Shown here: positions 27,232 to 36,400 of the stretch, one piece after another
Layout of the letters: every line of letters begins with the position of its first letter
Numbering within the stretch: the stretch's first letter is position 1
NCBI GenBank assembly: GCA_002633005.1
Contig: NMRA01000501.1
Span: 160,886-224,885 of the forward strand
DNA length: 64,000 nucleotides
Source of the DNA: Phoronis australis
Taxonomy: Eukaryota > Animalia > Phoronida
Direction of reading: 5' to 3'
The notes under the pieces: generated by a model
Database searches by the model: none
What the model saw: only the letters and a program-made list of their open reading frames with translations
What the model was told of the DNA's origin: nothing
Translations under genes and position numbers: made by a program

Positions 27232-28131
27232 TATTATCGCAAGCTCCGCCTCCTTGCGAATTGTCGACAAACAAACAATAAGTTTTAACCGACAACGTTT
27301 TGTTTGCCGGGTAAAATGGCGGCTTAGAAACGAAAGTGTGTCAAGAATGCTGCGTTCTGATTGGCCAGTTAATCCGTCATTCAACTTCCTGGCGATAGGC
27401 CAATTTTGGGCCTTAATCACAAATACTTGCTCAAGGACCATCCTGCCGTCTGTACACCAGCCCACGATTTTTGCTTTGTTATTTAAATTGCTTATACACT
27501 GTATCTGCTTCTAGTGAACGATGACCGCAAACCGAGATTTCGCATGCGTTTCCCAAAGAAAAAACATAACAGTGGGATAATGAATTGATAACTTAACTTG
27601 TTTATCTAAAAAGGCGTTTTGGGACACTATACCTACCTGTCAATCATCGGTGAAATATGAAACAAATTCGTTATGAAATCACCATTTTAAAGATAAATCT
27701 AAATACACTGAAGGAAACCCAAAACGTCATTTTTTTGAAGACTAGCCGATCTTTTGACCTTAAGCGCAAGTACATACATAAAGTATTTGTTAGGAAATAA
27801 ATAAAACTTCATGATTTGTGTTTTTATTAGGAGTACGGTCATGTGCTATTTTTGTCTAACGGTTAATCGTCCATATGTTTCAGAGGAGAAAGACACCGTA
27901 CTGGCATTACAGATTGCTACCGGCATTGTCGCTGGTCTCGTGGTTACGTTCACAATAGCGACCATCGTCATGTACCATCGGAAGTTGTCTACGCATTCGG
28001 AGATTAAGTTTGAGACCAATTCGGCTGAGGCAATAGATTCGAGATACTCCATCAAAAGTGCCACCGATCAGTTGGTGAAAAAACGGCCAGAGAAGTCGTC
28101 TAGTGTTACCAAGAGACCAGTTTCCGATTGA
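2994..28131 (+). CDS. Gene 1 (5' incomplete): kringle + 6x thrombospondin type-1 repeats + transmembrane helix + short cytoplasmic tail; 9 exons, about 560 codons
   Basis: Exons 2994-3187, 7743-7923, 9089-9259, 9826-10002, 12733-12906, 15409-15570, 16105-16272, 25500-25706, 27884-28131. All are AG/GT bounded with compatible phases and give an uninterrupted frame. Confidence 0.88.
4271..6790 (-). pseudogene. Decayed hAT transposon: spliced PRKRIR/THAP12-like transposase with C-terminal dimerisation domain, plus one terminus
   Basis: Minus strand reads KTRWTEGHE...LKGPSAKLQKRD...RANVPAETP (6790-6295), YRRTVGIPFLD with premature stops (6042-5833), and FPNVRELILIG..PIGSCEAER / YLRATMSEERL..L.L..LH...F....PRR (about 5715-5371). 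Terminus CAATGGCGGATCTA at 4271. Confidence 0.8.
7743..7923 (+). CDS. Gene 1 exon: kringle C-terminal half
   Basis: VQNYCRNVNNNEKQPWCY...RWQYCYVPKC; acceptor TTTGTAG, donor G|GTAAGA. Confidence 0.9.
8398..8816 (+). repeat. Dispersed repeat; second copy at 50634-51006
   Basis: Colinear matches such as CCGGTTCAGATCAAA.ACACCATGCTG and ACCAAACCACCAGGCA.CAG..GAGGTAAGC.AAGTGTCATC. Confidence 0.8.
9089..9259 (+). CDS. Gene 1 exon: TSP1 repeat 1 (not in the ORF track)
   Basis: EPGNWSPWRKGLCSLTCGNGERVLTRTCSNPAPKHGGQCEQPLLNKKTEVCHERNCP; phase 1-1, 171 nt. Confidence 0.9.
9826..10002 (+). CDS. Gene 1 exon: TSP1 repeat 2
   Basis: DGKWTEW...[28 protein letters not shown]...ECNTLPCP; phase 1-1. Confidence 0.92.
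11327..11541. other. Assembly gap
   Basis: Run of N. Confidence 1.
12733..12906 (+). CDS. Gene 1 exon: TSP1 repeat 3
   Basis: GFWGEWKEWGACSHSCGFKGVRRRERQCDNPRPKYHGHC...CSRQFCP; phase 1-1. Confidence 0.92.
13715..13962 (+). mobile_element. MITE family B copy (degenerate ends)
   Basis: Shares CGCACCCAGCC...GAATTTTGGTAGTTCCT...GACTTTTGTCTC with 22618-22852, 49762-50039, 55069-55324 and 56690-56947. A partial end lies at 11279-11326. Confidence 0.7.
14015..14263. mobile_element. Harbinger/Tourist-like MITE
   Basis: Inverted ends GGGGTTCGTTCCAACAAA...TTTCTTGGAAGGGGCCC with internal CTTAAG/CTTAA subrepeats. Confidence 0.5.
15409..15570 (+). CDS. Gene 1 exon: TSP1 repeat 4
   Basis: DGIWSTWLASPCSASCGQGTQIMSRICTAPMYGGRPC...CLEIPCP; phase 1-1. 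Confidence 0.92.
16105..16272 (+). CDS. Gene 1 exon: TSP1 repeat 5
   Basis: [42 protein letters not shown]...CILDPCP; phase 1-1. Confidence 0.92.
17100..17400 (-). repeat. Dispersed repeat; inverted copy at about 49060-49410
   Basis: CTGCCACTGAAAC...TTTCTTTAGTTTCA matches the reverse complement of TGAAACTAAAGAAA...GTTTCAGTGGCAG. Confidence 0.7.
17810..18810. mobile_element. MITE family A (hAT-like, 5-bp TSD), copy 1
   Basis: TIR CAGAGGCGGATCTAGG...CCTAAATCCGCCTATG; flanks TAATG/GAATG; colinear with 42979-43997. Confidence 0.85.
19110..19295 (+). mobile_element. Penelope-like retroelement remnant (GIY-YIG C-terminal region)
   Basis: ETGHTFETGNVRLLSEESIWFDRLVKEAALMPRTSLNRHG fits the H...GH.F...V.IL..E..W..R..KEA......LNR..G pattern. 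Confidence 0.65.
19798..20320 (+). repeat. Element with tandem CCGAAGGTTCA(C/T)AA-like subrepeats
   Basis: The motif recurs about every 15-20 bp at 19818-20010, with complementary ACCTTCG/GAACC copies near 20280-20318. Confidence 0.45.
20411..20680 (+). mobile_element. tRNA-derived SINE (degenerate)
   Basis: A-box-like GCGGCCTGATTGATAAG and B-box GGTTCGAGTCCC (20463-20474). The 3' limit is uncertain. Confidence 0.55.
22618..22852 (+). mobile_element. MITE family B copy
   Basis: CATGCACGCACC...GGATGCATG; flanks ATAAG/ACAAG (5-bp TSD, one mismatch). Confidence 0.7.
23312..24264. mobile_element. Mutator-like MITE with TIRs of about 265 bp and a 9-bp TSD
   Basis: TAGGCAATGACC...GGTCATTGCCTA with long inverted arms, and a perfect direct repeat TAAACAAGC at 23303-23311 and 24265-24273. 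Confidence 0.85.
25500..25706 (+). CDS. Gene 1 exon: TSP1 repeat 6 plus stalk
   Basis: IDGGWTAWYVYRPCDAKCGSGAIVHVRNCTHPLPRNGGQKC...CDVEIKC; phase 1-1. Confidence 0.9.
27198..27237 (+). repeat. (ATT)n microsatellite
   Basis: About 13 ATT units, read directly. Confidence 0.95.
27884..28131 (+). CDS. Gene 1 last exon: TM helix and cytoplasmic tail
   Basis: Hydrophobic LQIATGIVAGLVVTFTIATIVMY followed by HRK; acceptor GTTTCAG in phase 1; TGA at 28129-28131. Confidence 0.85.
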
Positions 28132-28565
28132 CTTAATATGTTCCCTAATGAAGAAAAAATGTTGGCTTCCGCATGACTGCCGTTTTGTTTGTTCGAACTA
28201 CATGGTGAAGGCTACTCGCGTTTGCTTCATCGAAAGTTTTGAAAAGGATATTTCCGGACCATTTTTAAGTTGCTTTAAAGACCTAGACGAGGAAGTGAAG
28301 AACTATACTAATTACTTCTGACAACATGTCTTTGTCAACCCTAACAAAAACAGAGTGTGAAAACCACTGCAACACCACGAACACAAAAGGAAACCTGAAT
28401 TGTAACGGCCTGGTGAATCTGCGAGAGCAATCGACACAATTATAAATAGCGTCAAATAGTCTTTATATTGCGTGGTGTAGTGACGGCCAAACATGTTGAG
28501 TCTTTTTCTTCTGTAACCTGCATCATTGAATTCTGATAAATAGAGTACATGTTAATGTGTCTAAA

Positions 28566-28571
28566 AATAAA
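28566..28571 (+). terminator. Candidate poly(A) signal of gene 1
   Basis: AATAAA about 435 nt after the stop. Confidence 0.45.
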
Positions 28572-29827
28572 TTGATTCAAGTTTTTACATTCAAGCAAGT
28601 ATTGTGAGAAATTGGTGATGTTTCAGTTCACTTTTGTATCATTTTATCCACAACAGCAATTTCCAACAAATGATTTCGCCAAACTGAAACGACCATCCTT
28701 TCTATTACAGCCTGAGTGTAAACTCTACATGACACAAATTTTTATACCTTACTTTGCAACTGATGCCAGGCCCATGGAATTAAAATTTATGACAACATAA
28801 CCTACTGTGTAAAACACGTGTTGTGGGACTCAGTTTAATTCAACAAAACAAGTTTTCAACAAATATCATTCACATGAAAATCAGAAGAATGGGACTAAAC
28901 AATCCAGCCTATGGCAAACATGTATACTCAGAAATAAAGCTAACGAACGTGCTACGCTACTAGTGATCCTGGCGGCAAAAAGAAGACCCAAGTCCTTCAT
29001 TGGAGTTAATTACTGGTGAATCTACAAATGCTATGAATCAAGAAATTTCCTGATCATAAGTTTACAGCGACAATAGACGGTTCCAATAGGCACTGGGACT
29101 GGGTTTGGGTGTCCACTTGCCAGTGGGGTAACTGAGTGCAACTTGAAGCCCTCAATTGTTCACCCGCTGGAGGAAACATTTTCCACCGGTGCAGAAAGTA
29201 CGATGCGAACAGCTGTGTGGAAAAAATCTCACCATTGCTGAGCATTTTTTGTTCCGTACATCTATAGCACAGCTGTGGGTACACAATGACGTACAATTTG
29301 GCAGTCTTCACAAGCTGAGCACTATAGCTGAAATGGTCACATGATTTTGTGTACATAATCTTGTTTAGTTTGAAGATGCCATGTCATTTTAGCTTAGCCT
29401 AGATAGACAAGACACATGACAAGATGTACTGAAGCCATCTCTAGTAGTGGAGTAAATATTTTGTTTTTTTCTGAACTAGGTTTACCCATGTGACACTCGT
29501 CTATTCATAACTGTGGACAGGCGATAGATTGGCTTCGGATTACCCCTAAGTAAGGTTTTTCCACATATTCCGTGCTACCCAAACGAGAGAACTCCACTCA
29601 AAAATAAGCTGGGAACATTGCTTGAAATTTGAAAATTTACTCGAAGTGTGGGTGCCACAAGATTTGTCAATTTTCAAGGGAATCTGTCATAAGTAGTCTC
29701 GGGCTCCATTGCATGAATTTTTTTCAAACAAATGTGGAGAACCATTAAAGCATTTGCTGGTAAAGGCATAGAAGTTAGCGCTATTCGAGGACTTAGGAGG
29801 GTAAAGCTAATGGGGAACTTGAAACTT

Positions 29828-29910
29828 TATTTCTCCGCTAGGGTCGCTAGAACGCGGATTGTTGTGGTGACCAGGCACCCGCGGTCTTAGCGATCCTAGC
29901 GGTAAGAATA
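29828..29910. other. GC-rich imperfect hairpin (stem about 30 bp)
   Basis: CCGCTAGGGTCGCTAGAACGCGG pairs with CCGCGGTCTTAGCGATCCTAGCGG. Confidence 0.7.
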
Positions 29911-29962
29911 GGTGTGCAGCTCCCGCATTGTTACATGTATAAACCAAAAGTGGAGGTCTTAA

Positions 29963-29968
29963 TTTATT
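29963..29968 (-). terminator. Candidate poly(A) signal of gene 2
   Basis: AATAAA on the minus strand about 330 nt after the stop; a second one at 29826-29831. Confidence 0.4.
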
Positions 29969-30300
29969 CCCGTTGGAACGGAGTCACTTTGAGATACACA
30001 ATCAAATGAATTCTGACTTAATTTTCTTTTGCATTTATCTAGTAATAAATTGAGCTACTTGGTCTTGTTAAGAAATGGCCCTGCTTGTTACATACATCGG
30101 AAAATATGTCAATCCACTAGCTTCTGGTCGGGATTGAGTTCTCGCGATGGCGGTCCACACATGCAGCATTCGTCATCTCCTTGACCTTTACAACTCTTGT
30201 TAACTAGGTAGTGGGAAAACAACTCAAAGTTTGACGTCACTTCATCTGTCTGATTTGATTGCTCTCTTGCATAACAATGATTCACCCGCGAATGCACATC

Positions 30301-30464
30301 TCAGTTGCTGCAAACCAGAGGACCAAGTGTTATTTCTGTAACTTCGCCAGCGCCATCTATATCACCCTGGTAAAATTTAACCATTGGCAGGTCTTCTTTT
30401 GTAGTTATGTCCCCTTCATCAACATTCCACTCCTGTGAATTAACGTCGCAATTACACGTAACCC
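30301..30464 (-). CDS. Gene 2 last exon: end of Caspr-type domain
   Basis: CNCDVNSQEWNVDEGDITTKEDLPMVKFYQGD...LGPLVC matches Caspr CNCD....W..D.G.L..K..LPV....GD...GPL.C. Confidence 0.92.
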
Positions 30465-33400
30465 CTGTAATGCAAAAGGTGAGTATTGAAAGCTTTCCAC
30501 GTAAGCTGTTAAAGGTGGACGTTTTGAAAACATACACAATATATACTGTTAAATCAACGTCTTCATATGGTCTTGGCATATTTCTCAGCATAACCACTGT
30601 CATAGCAGTGTCATTACATAAGGACACCAACTGTGCTGGGCTAGTTGCTTACATCACATAGCCCAGTATACTATATGTGCAAGTAAGTATATACGGGCAT
30701 GCACTAGAAGCCTTCGTACAAAAATTTGTCGTAATAACGCCATAACGTGGCGTCGTCTTTTGGTGAACCCTACTTTGCCTGTTCAGTCTCCAGAAATGTA
30801 CTTGTAAGTGGGTTATATTTCATCGGCTCGTCGTGTAATCTATCAGATCATTACTCGGTGGCAACGGTACCGGGTTGGCTCCGCAGAACTTTTATACCAA
30901 CATTTAAACACAGCCATTTGAAGCGTGACATGGCGCGTGTGCTTTGTACCACGAAATTTGTTCTCTGTACCAATTCAAGGGTGCTCTACAGAGTTTCTTC
31001 GGCATGCAGACACAGTATCTTAGACACGTAACCAGTCTGTATAGAACTATTTGCAGACACGTTCTAGAAAGTGGTAATCTCAACGGTTGCTCTTTAAAGG
31101 ATACATATCCTGGATACTTATGTGTACTTCCGTAAGTACTAAAATCACGGAACAGGATGGCACGACAGCACTTAGTCTCTGCCGTCACTACGAAATAGAC
31201 AAAAATCGCATGCGACCGTTACGGAACAGCCCACCCTTGGACGCATTGACCAAACCCGACTGAATTACCTTTCGAATTCATTTTCTACCGCAACGAAACA
31301 CCGATAGGGGAGGGGCGCAATCATGGTGCGTGATTCGGTGTAACCTGAATCCTAACTGGTGTATTAGCTGTAAGTACATAAGACAGGAAGGTTCCATTAA
31401 ATACCCACCTGTGTTACAAGTCCCAAGTTTGTTGCACCAGCAGCCTTCCGTAGCCGAGTCCGCCCAATAGTTTCGCTGAACGTTGCTTCTCCCAAACCAG
31501 TAGGAGTACCTGGTGTTACTGTGAAACGTCACCGCGCCGCTACAGCGCCTCTTCAAGCTCTGTGAGCACTGGGCAGCTGCGTTAGCAACTAAAGCAATTT
31601 GATCCATAGTGGCATCATAACTGACAGTAAAGGCCAGTCCCGGGTTACTAGGTCCGTTGGCCAGCGTGATCAGGTCCTCCTGAAACAAGGATGTGAGTAG
31701 ATATCATGTTCTTTACAAACTCCGTGAAGCAGTTTTATAAAACCAATAGCTTATCATTGTCGAAGCTTACAGTGTTTTGGTTTTTTGTAATGTAGATTAC
31801 AAATGCTTTCAATCTATTTTCCAACTCTAAATATTTCATTCCCATATCTCTGATTCGCGTATTTAATGGAAATACTTCAGGTTCAACAGCAGTGCAACCC
31901 GCAGGAGCTCTCCCACTAAGCAAGTCCAGATGCCCGGATGCAATACTCTACCGTCTGAGGTCGCTTCATTGCTCCCACGTAGTTGTAGTAACTTTAATAA
32001 GCAAGGCCCAGTTGCATAAAAGTTACACGCTGTATAACAACAATGACATTATCACGTGCCACGTTGTTATTGTTGAACAATGCATATGACGTCATGCAAC
32101 AATCAAACTTATCCAAGTTTTATGCAACTTAGCCCTGGTTCATAAGACGCCATGTATATTTTGGGATACAACATATCATTTTACCTGCGTAAATAGGATT
32201 TTGGTTTTACTTTTTTGTTGTAAAAATTGGGTTGAATTTCAATATCTTAAATGTAAAACATGATCAGAGGGTTTGTAATGACGTGTTTTATTCAGCAAGC
32301 ATTGTCTGAGACAAAGCGGTCACCTCTGGGCGAAGCGAGTGTGCACTCGGGCAGGAACCGCGCGAGGAAAACAGGAAATCATAAAATCGCAGTTTTGAAA
32401 CATTGCATGAGCATACTGTAGCAAAGTCCGTTGTCAAATTGATTATTAGTTCAATACAGATATTACGATTAGTATTTTTGTTACGGCAATTATAGCATAA
32501 TTTGCCAAGGTACTGAAACGGCAGCCCACTGTTACTAAAAATGAATTTAACTAAAATTAGTAAAACGCAAACATCTTCGCTCGCATCAAATACATGTAAA
32601 CAAAAGTTGTTGAACTTGAGGCTATGTTGAAGAGTTTATAATCTCCGTCCGTTTCGCTGAGGCGGTTCGATGGGCAGGTTCGCTGTGGACGGCGAAATGG
32701 CTACAGGCTTGTTTCTCCTGCGGTCAACAGGAGTGCATTCCGTAAACCTAGCTTCTGGCGAGAAAAGCAAGGACTTGCAAGACTTCGCGGGTATTGCAAG
32801 CGAAGGACGTGATAGCACTGGCTTTCTTTACCGATAATCTTGCGATTACGAAACAACCAACTAGTTCTTGAGGATGTAGACCCACCTGGCCCAACGATAT
32901 TTCGACGGACGGTTGCGCAATTATTTTAAAATGAGAGATCGAAAGTCGACAAATTCCCCATTATCGGTAGCAGCAGAGCATGAGGGTGGTCTATTGCTGT
33001 ATGCTGGACTACACAAAAATAAACATTAAAATTATGGCGCTGGAGATCAGTCATTCACATGTTTATTTTAAGGTCGTCCTCCGTACCTCAACGTTCACCT
33101 TGTCGATTAGCGTAAATCGATTACACAAGTCGTTCCAGACACAACACAACCAAAAAACACATCGATAGAAAAATCTATGGTGGCTGCCACGTTCGAAGTT
33201 TTCGAAACTACGCCTCGCTAAACAAACCACGAATTTGCACTTTTAAATGCAAAGACTAGTTAAATTAGGAATGTGTCTATATCATAGATACTACTTTAGT
33301 AAAAAATGCCCAAATGTAGCATTAAGAAATGCTTAACAGCGAATACACACTGCATTTACGTAATTTACCCGCTAGTTTGCTGTGTTTATCTTTGACGCTA

Positions 33401-36400
33401 CGCTCCCGCAACCTGTCTATATTATTAGACAACGGTGCCAGTGGGCGATGCGTACGTGATTCACAACAAAACCTGTTATTGATGAAATCGTCTAATGTCA
33501 AGGTAACGAGGTTCAGGTGCAAAATGAGAACTGGATTGCGTGCTTCCGACATCTCTTATACAGCCTGATAAGTAAGCCATTCCCGTAGAAATTATTTGAG
33601 AGTAATTTCCAAGAGTAAACTACATTTGGAGTATTTAGAGCACGAACATAATGTTCGCCATCTTGTTAATCCACCTGGCAATAAGATCCGAAATGCCATT
33701 CACTTTGTTTGAACAAACTTAGAGTTGATAAATTTTAAACATGGCTGTTGCTTTCTGTTGCGTTAAATTAAAAAGTATCACTGAATGTGAGATACACATA
33801 CGTATGAATTCGCGCAATGTTACGAATGGTCTCGCGGAACTTTTCATGAAACGAAACCCATCACTCTAAGTTCTTAGAGTTACTGAGTTAACGCACCGCA
33901 AGTACAGGTGTACAATGCTTAATGTTTTACCTTGTCGTGGTGGAAGATAGCATTGGGCGGAGACTTTGACAAGTCGCAGTAGACAGTGAATGAGTCGACA
34001 CCGTTGTTAGTTCCATCAGGATCAATGACATAGTTTCCGCTGTCAAGGAAACCGCCATTCTTGTAGCCGGAACAAGATGTAGGATCTATCGAAAGAAGCG
34101 ACAACTAAATGAATTATATTCCTTTACCGCAGTGTCAGCACAAAAAACACGCACACTGGGTATTATAGTTAACTAATAAAACAGGATTGGTCTGCGTGGC
34201 GTGAATTCGCACCTGCAAGGTGCATCACTTCAGTACACGTAAAACGTTGTCTTCACACAGGACTTACACGAGGTTGTGACGGTGACTTCTGAATAAGACT
34301 CGTTTACGCCATACGGTCTCGAATTAGAAGCAGTTACCCGGATGACGTAGTTGGTTCCCGCTTGCAAATTTGATATGCTGTCCTCTTCCATCACTCCTAC
34401 GCCTTCGTCATACAATTCGTCCTCAAGTAGCCTGAAAATATTAGAACTACGAATGTATTTATTTATGACAATATTTTTGCTGATGCGGTGGTTCGACTTC
34501 AGTTTGATAAGACGTGATTGAGATGTTTTTTGTAAGATAAAGTAATAATGTACAAAATTAATTGTATGATAGGTATATAAACTATTTTTTCTAACTTAAC
34601 AAAGATGGGTGACAGAAACCGCCATGAACATGCACGAAATGGAGACTCTAAAATGTACCGGCAAACTTTTGACAATATTCGTAAAATACACGTAGAACCA
34701 ACGGTTATTACTGCTTTGTTCAATCACATGGGAGACGCACTGAATGTTTTTGTTTACTTGTTCAAAATGATGGACGAAACCGAGCATTGATAAAAAATTA
34801 GCAATTGGATCAATCGAAAGACTCTTTAGTCGTCTCAGAACACGGATGAACATGTGTGTATAACATGTTCTCTAGCCTATTCGGATGTTTAATGATGGCA
34901 TGCCATGGCAGTAGATTTTTGACCGAGAAATAAGAATACACATGCCGTCACACTGGGTCTAAAACGTCATAATGACGTCAAAATGACGTCATGCTAAACA
35001 TTCCTATTGCCTTTGTACGGATACCATACACTAATGCATGCACATCGCAGAATGTAGGGGTGCGCTCCGCAAACAAAAACAGATAGCTCTAATCTATCTC
35101 ATAATTCAACATTCCCCGTAGCCGACCAATCACTGCTGGGGTTTCGATTTTGTGTACTCGCGTAAGGTCCGAACGCACTCGCGAAACGCTTGGGAGTTTC
35201 ACTTGCCACGAGATTTTACGTGCGTTTGCTTTTCTGAGTCTTTGGAACACATTATAGATATACATGTATGGGAAATAGTCATTTATATGTCATGACCTAA
35301 GTACAATCCATAGCCCAGTGAAAACGCGCGAACAGTGTCCAAAACGAAGCTCAGTAAATAGGTTCATTTGGCAGTGAGGAAACTTATGTCTTGTTTCACA
35401 CTGAAGTACTGGGGAGCGCATCTTTCTGAAAACACATTTCCGCACGAATGTACATGTGCTTTATACGTGAACTATACATTCTACTTTGGATTCTTACGTG
35501 AAAGAATCTTCCGTTTCCTTTTTGTACTCAATCCTGAACGTCTGGTTAAATCCTCCGTTCCAAGAGGCATTCCACCGGAACGAGATTGTGGAACCTGTTT
35601 CGGCCATGACTTCAAGAGAGGGTGCTATTGGTGGACCTGAAATATACAACCCAAATCCTCACCTTCAGTTTTTTATAACTGAATTACAATAGGTGCAGGA
35701 GTACTAAAAGGTAATCCTGTTACGACTAAGAGGGATGTGAAGCAAAGTATGAAAGGAATTTTCTGAGGTGTTCGTGTGTTTAAATTTATTTGACTGGGTC
35801 CAAAACGTCAAAAATTACGTCACACTAAACAAACCAATTGTAATCATATTTGATGACGTATTGGGGACTACATGTACACACAACAAAAAGCAACAAAATT
35901 CCTGCTTTCACATGTTCACATATACTCGCCCGTGAAAAAAATGCTTAATAAAGCAGCCAACTTTATTGCGACGGTATCGACATAGTGCAATCAATGTCAT
36001 GATATAGCTGATACAAAAATCTGTTTGAATTGAAAAGTGTGTATGTCGAGGTCTACAGCCGAAACAAGAAAGAGAAATCCATTTTCCAAAGTAAATACGA
36101 GCAAAAATGCTAAATGATGTCATTGGCCAGCTAGTGCCATTGACGGATCGAACCATTTCCGTTACAAACTCACGAGGCCGATCGCCTGCCTCGTTATTGT
36201 CAATACTAATTTACAGTGGAATACAATTCGTTCTGGCTTCAGATTTACATAAATAATTGATTGCATTATAAGCCCAATCACATGCGAATAAAAACCATAA
36301 GAAACTAGTGACTAAGCCAGCAGCAGCCATGTTGGTCTATTGTTTCAACAGTAGCTTCTGTATGCAAATAAAGCCCTGGAGGAACTCGATTGTATTTTTG

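Noticed and set aside
28030-28060. ITIM/YxxPhi motif in the gene 1 tail (SRYSIK)
   Set aside because: The Y+3 residue is Lys, so it does not fit the consensus.
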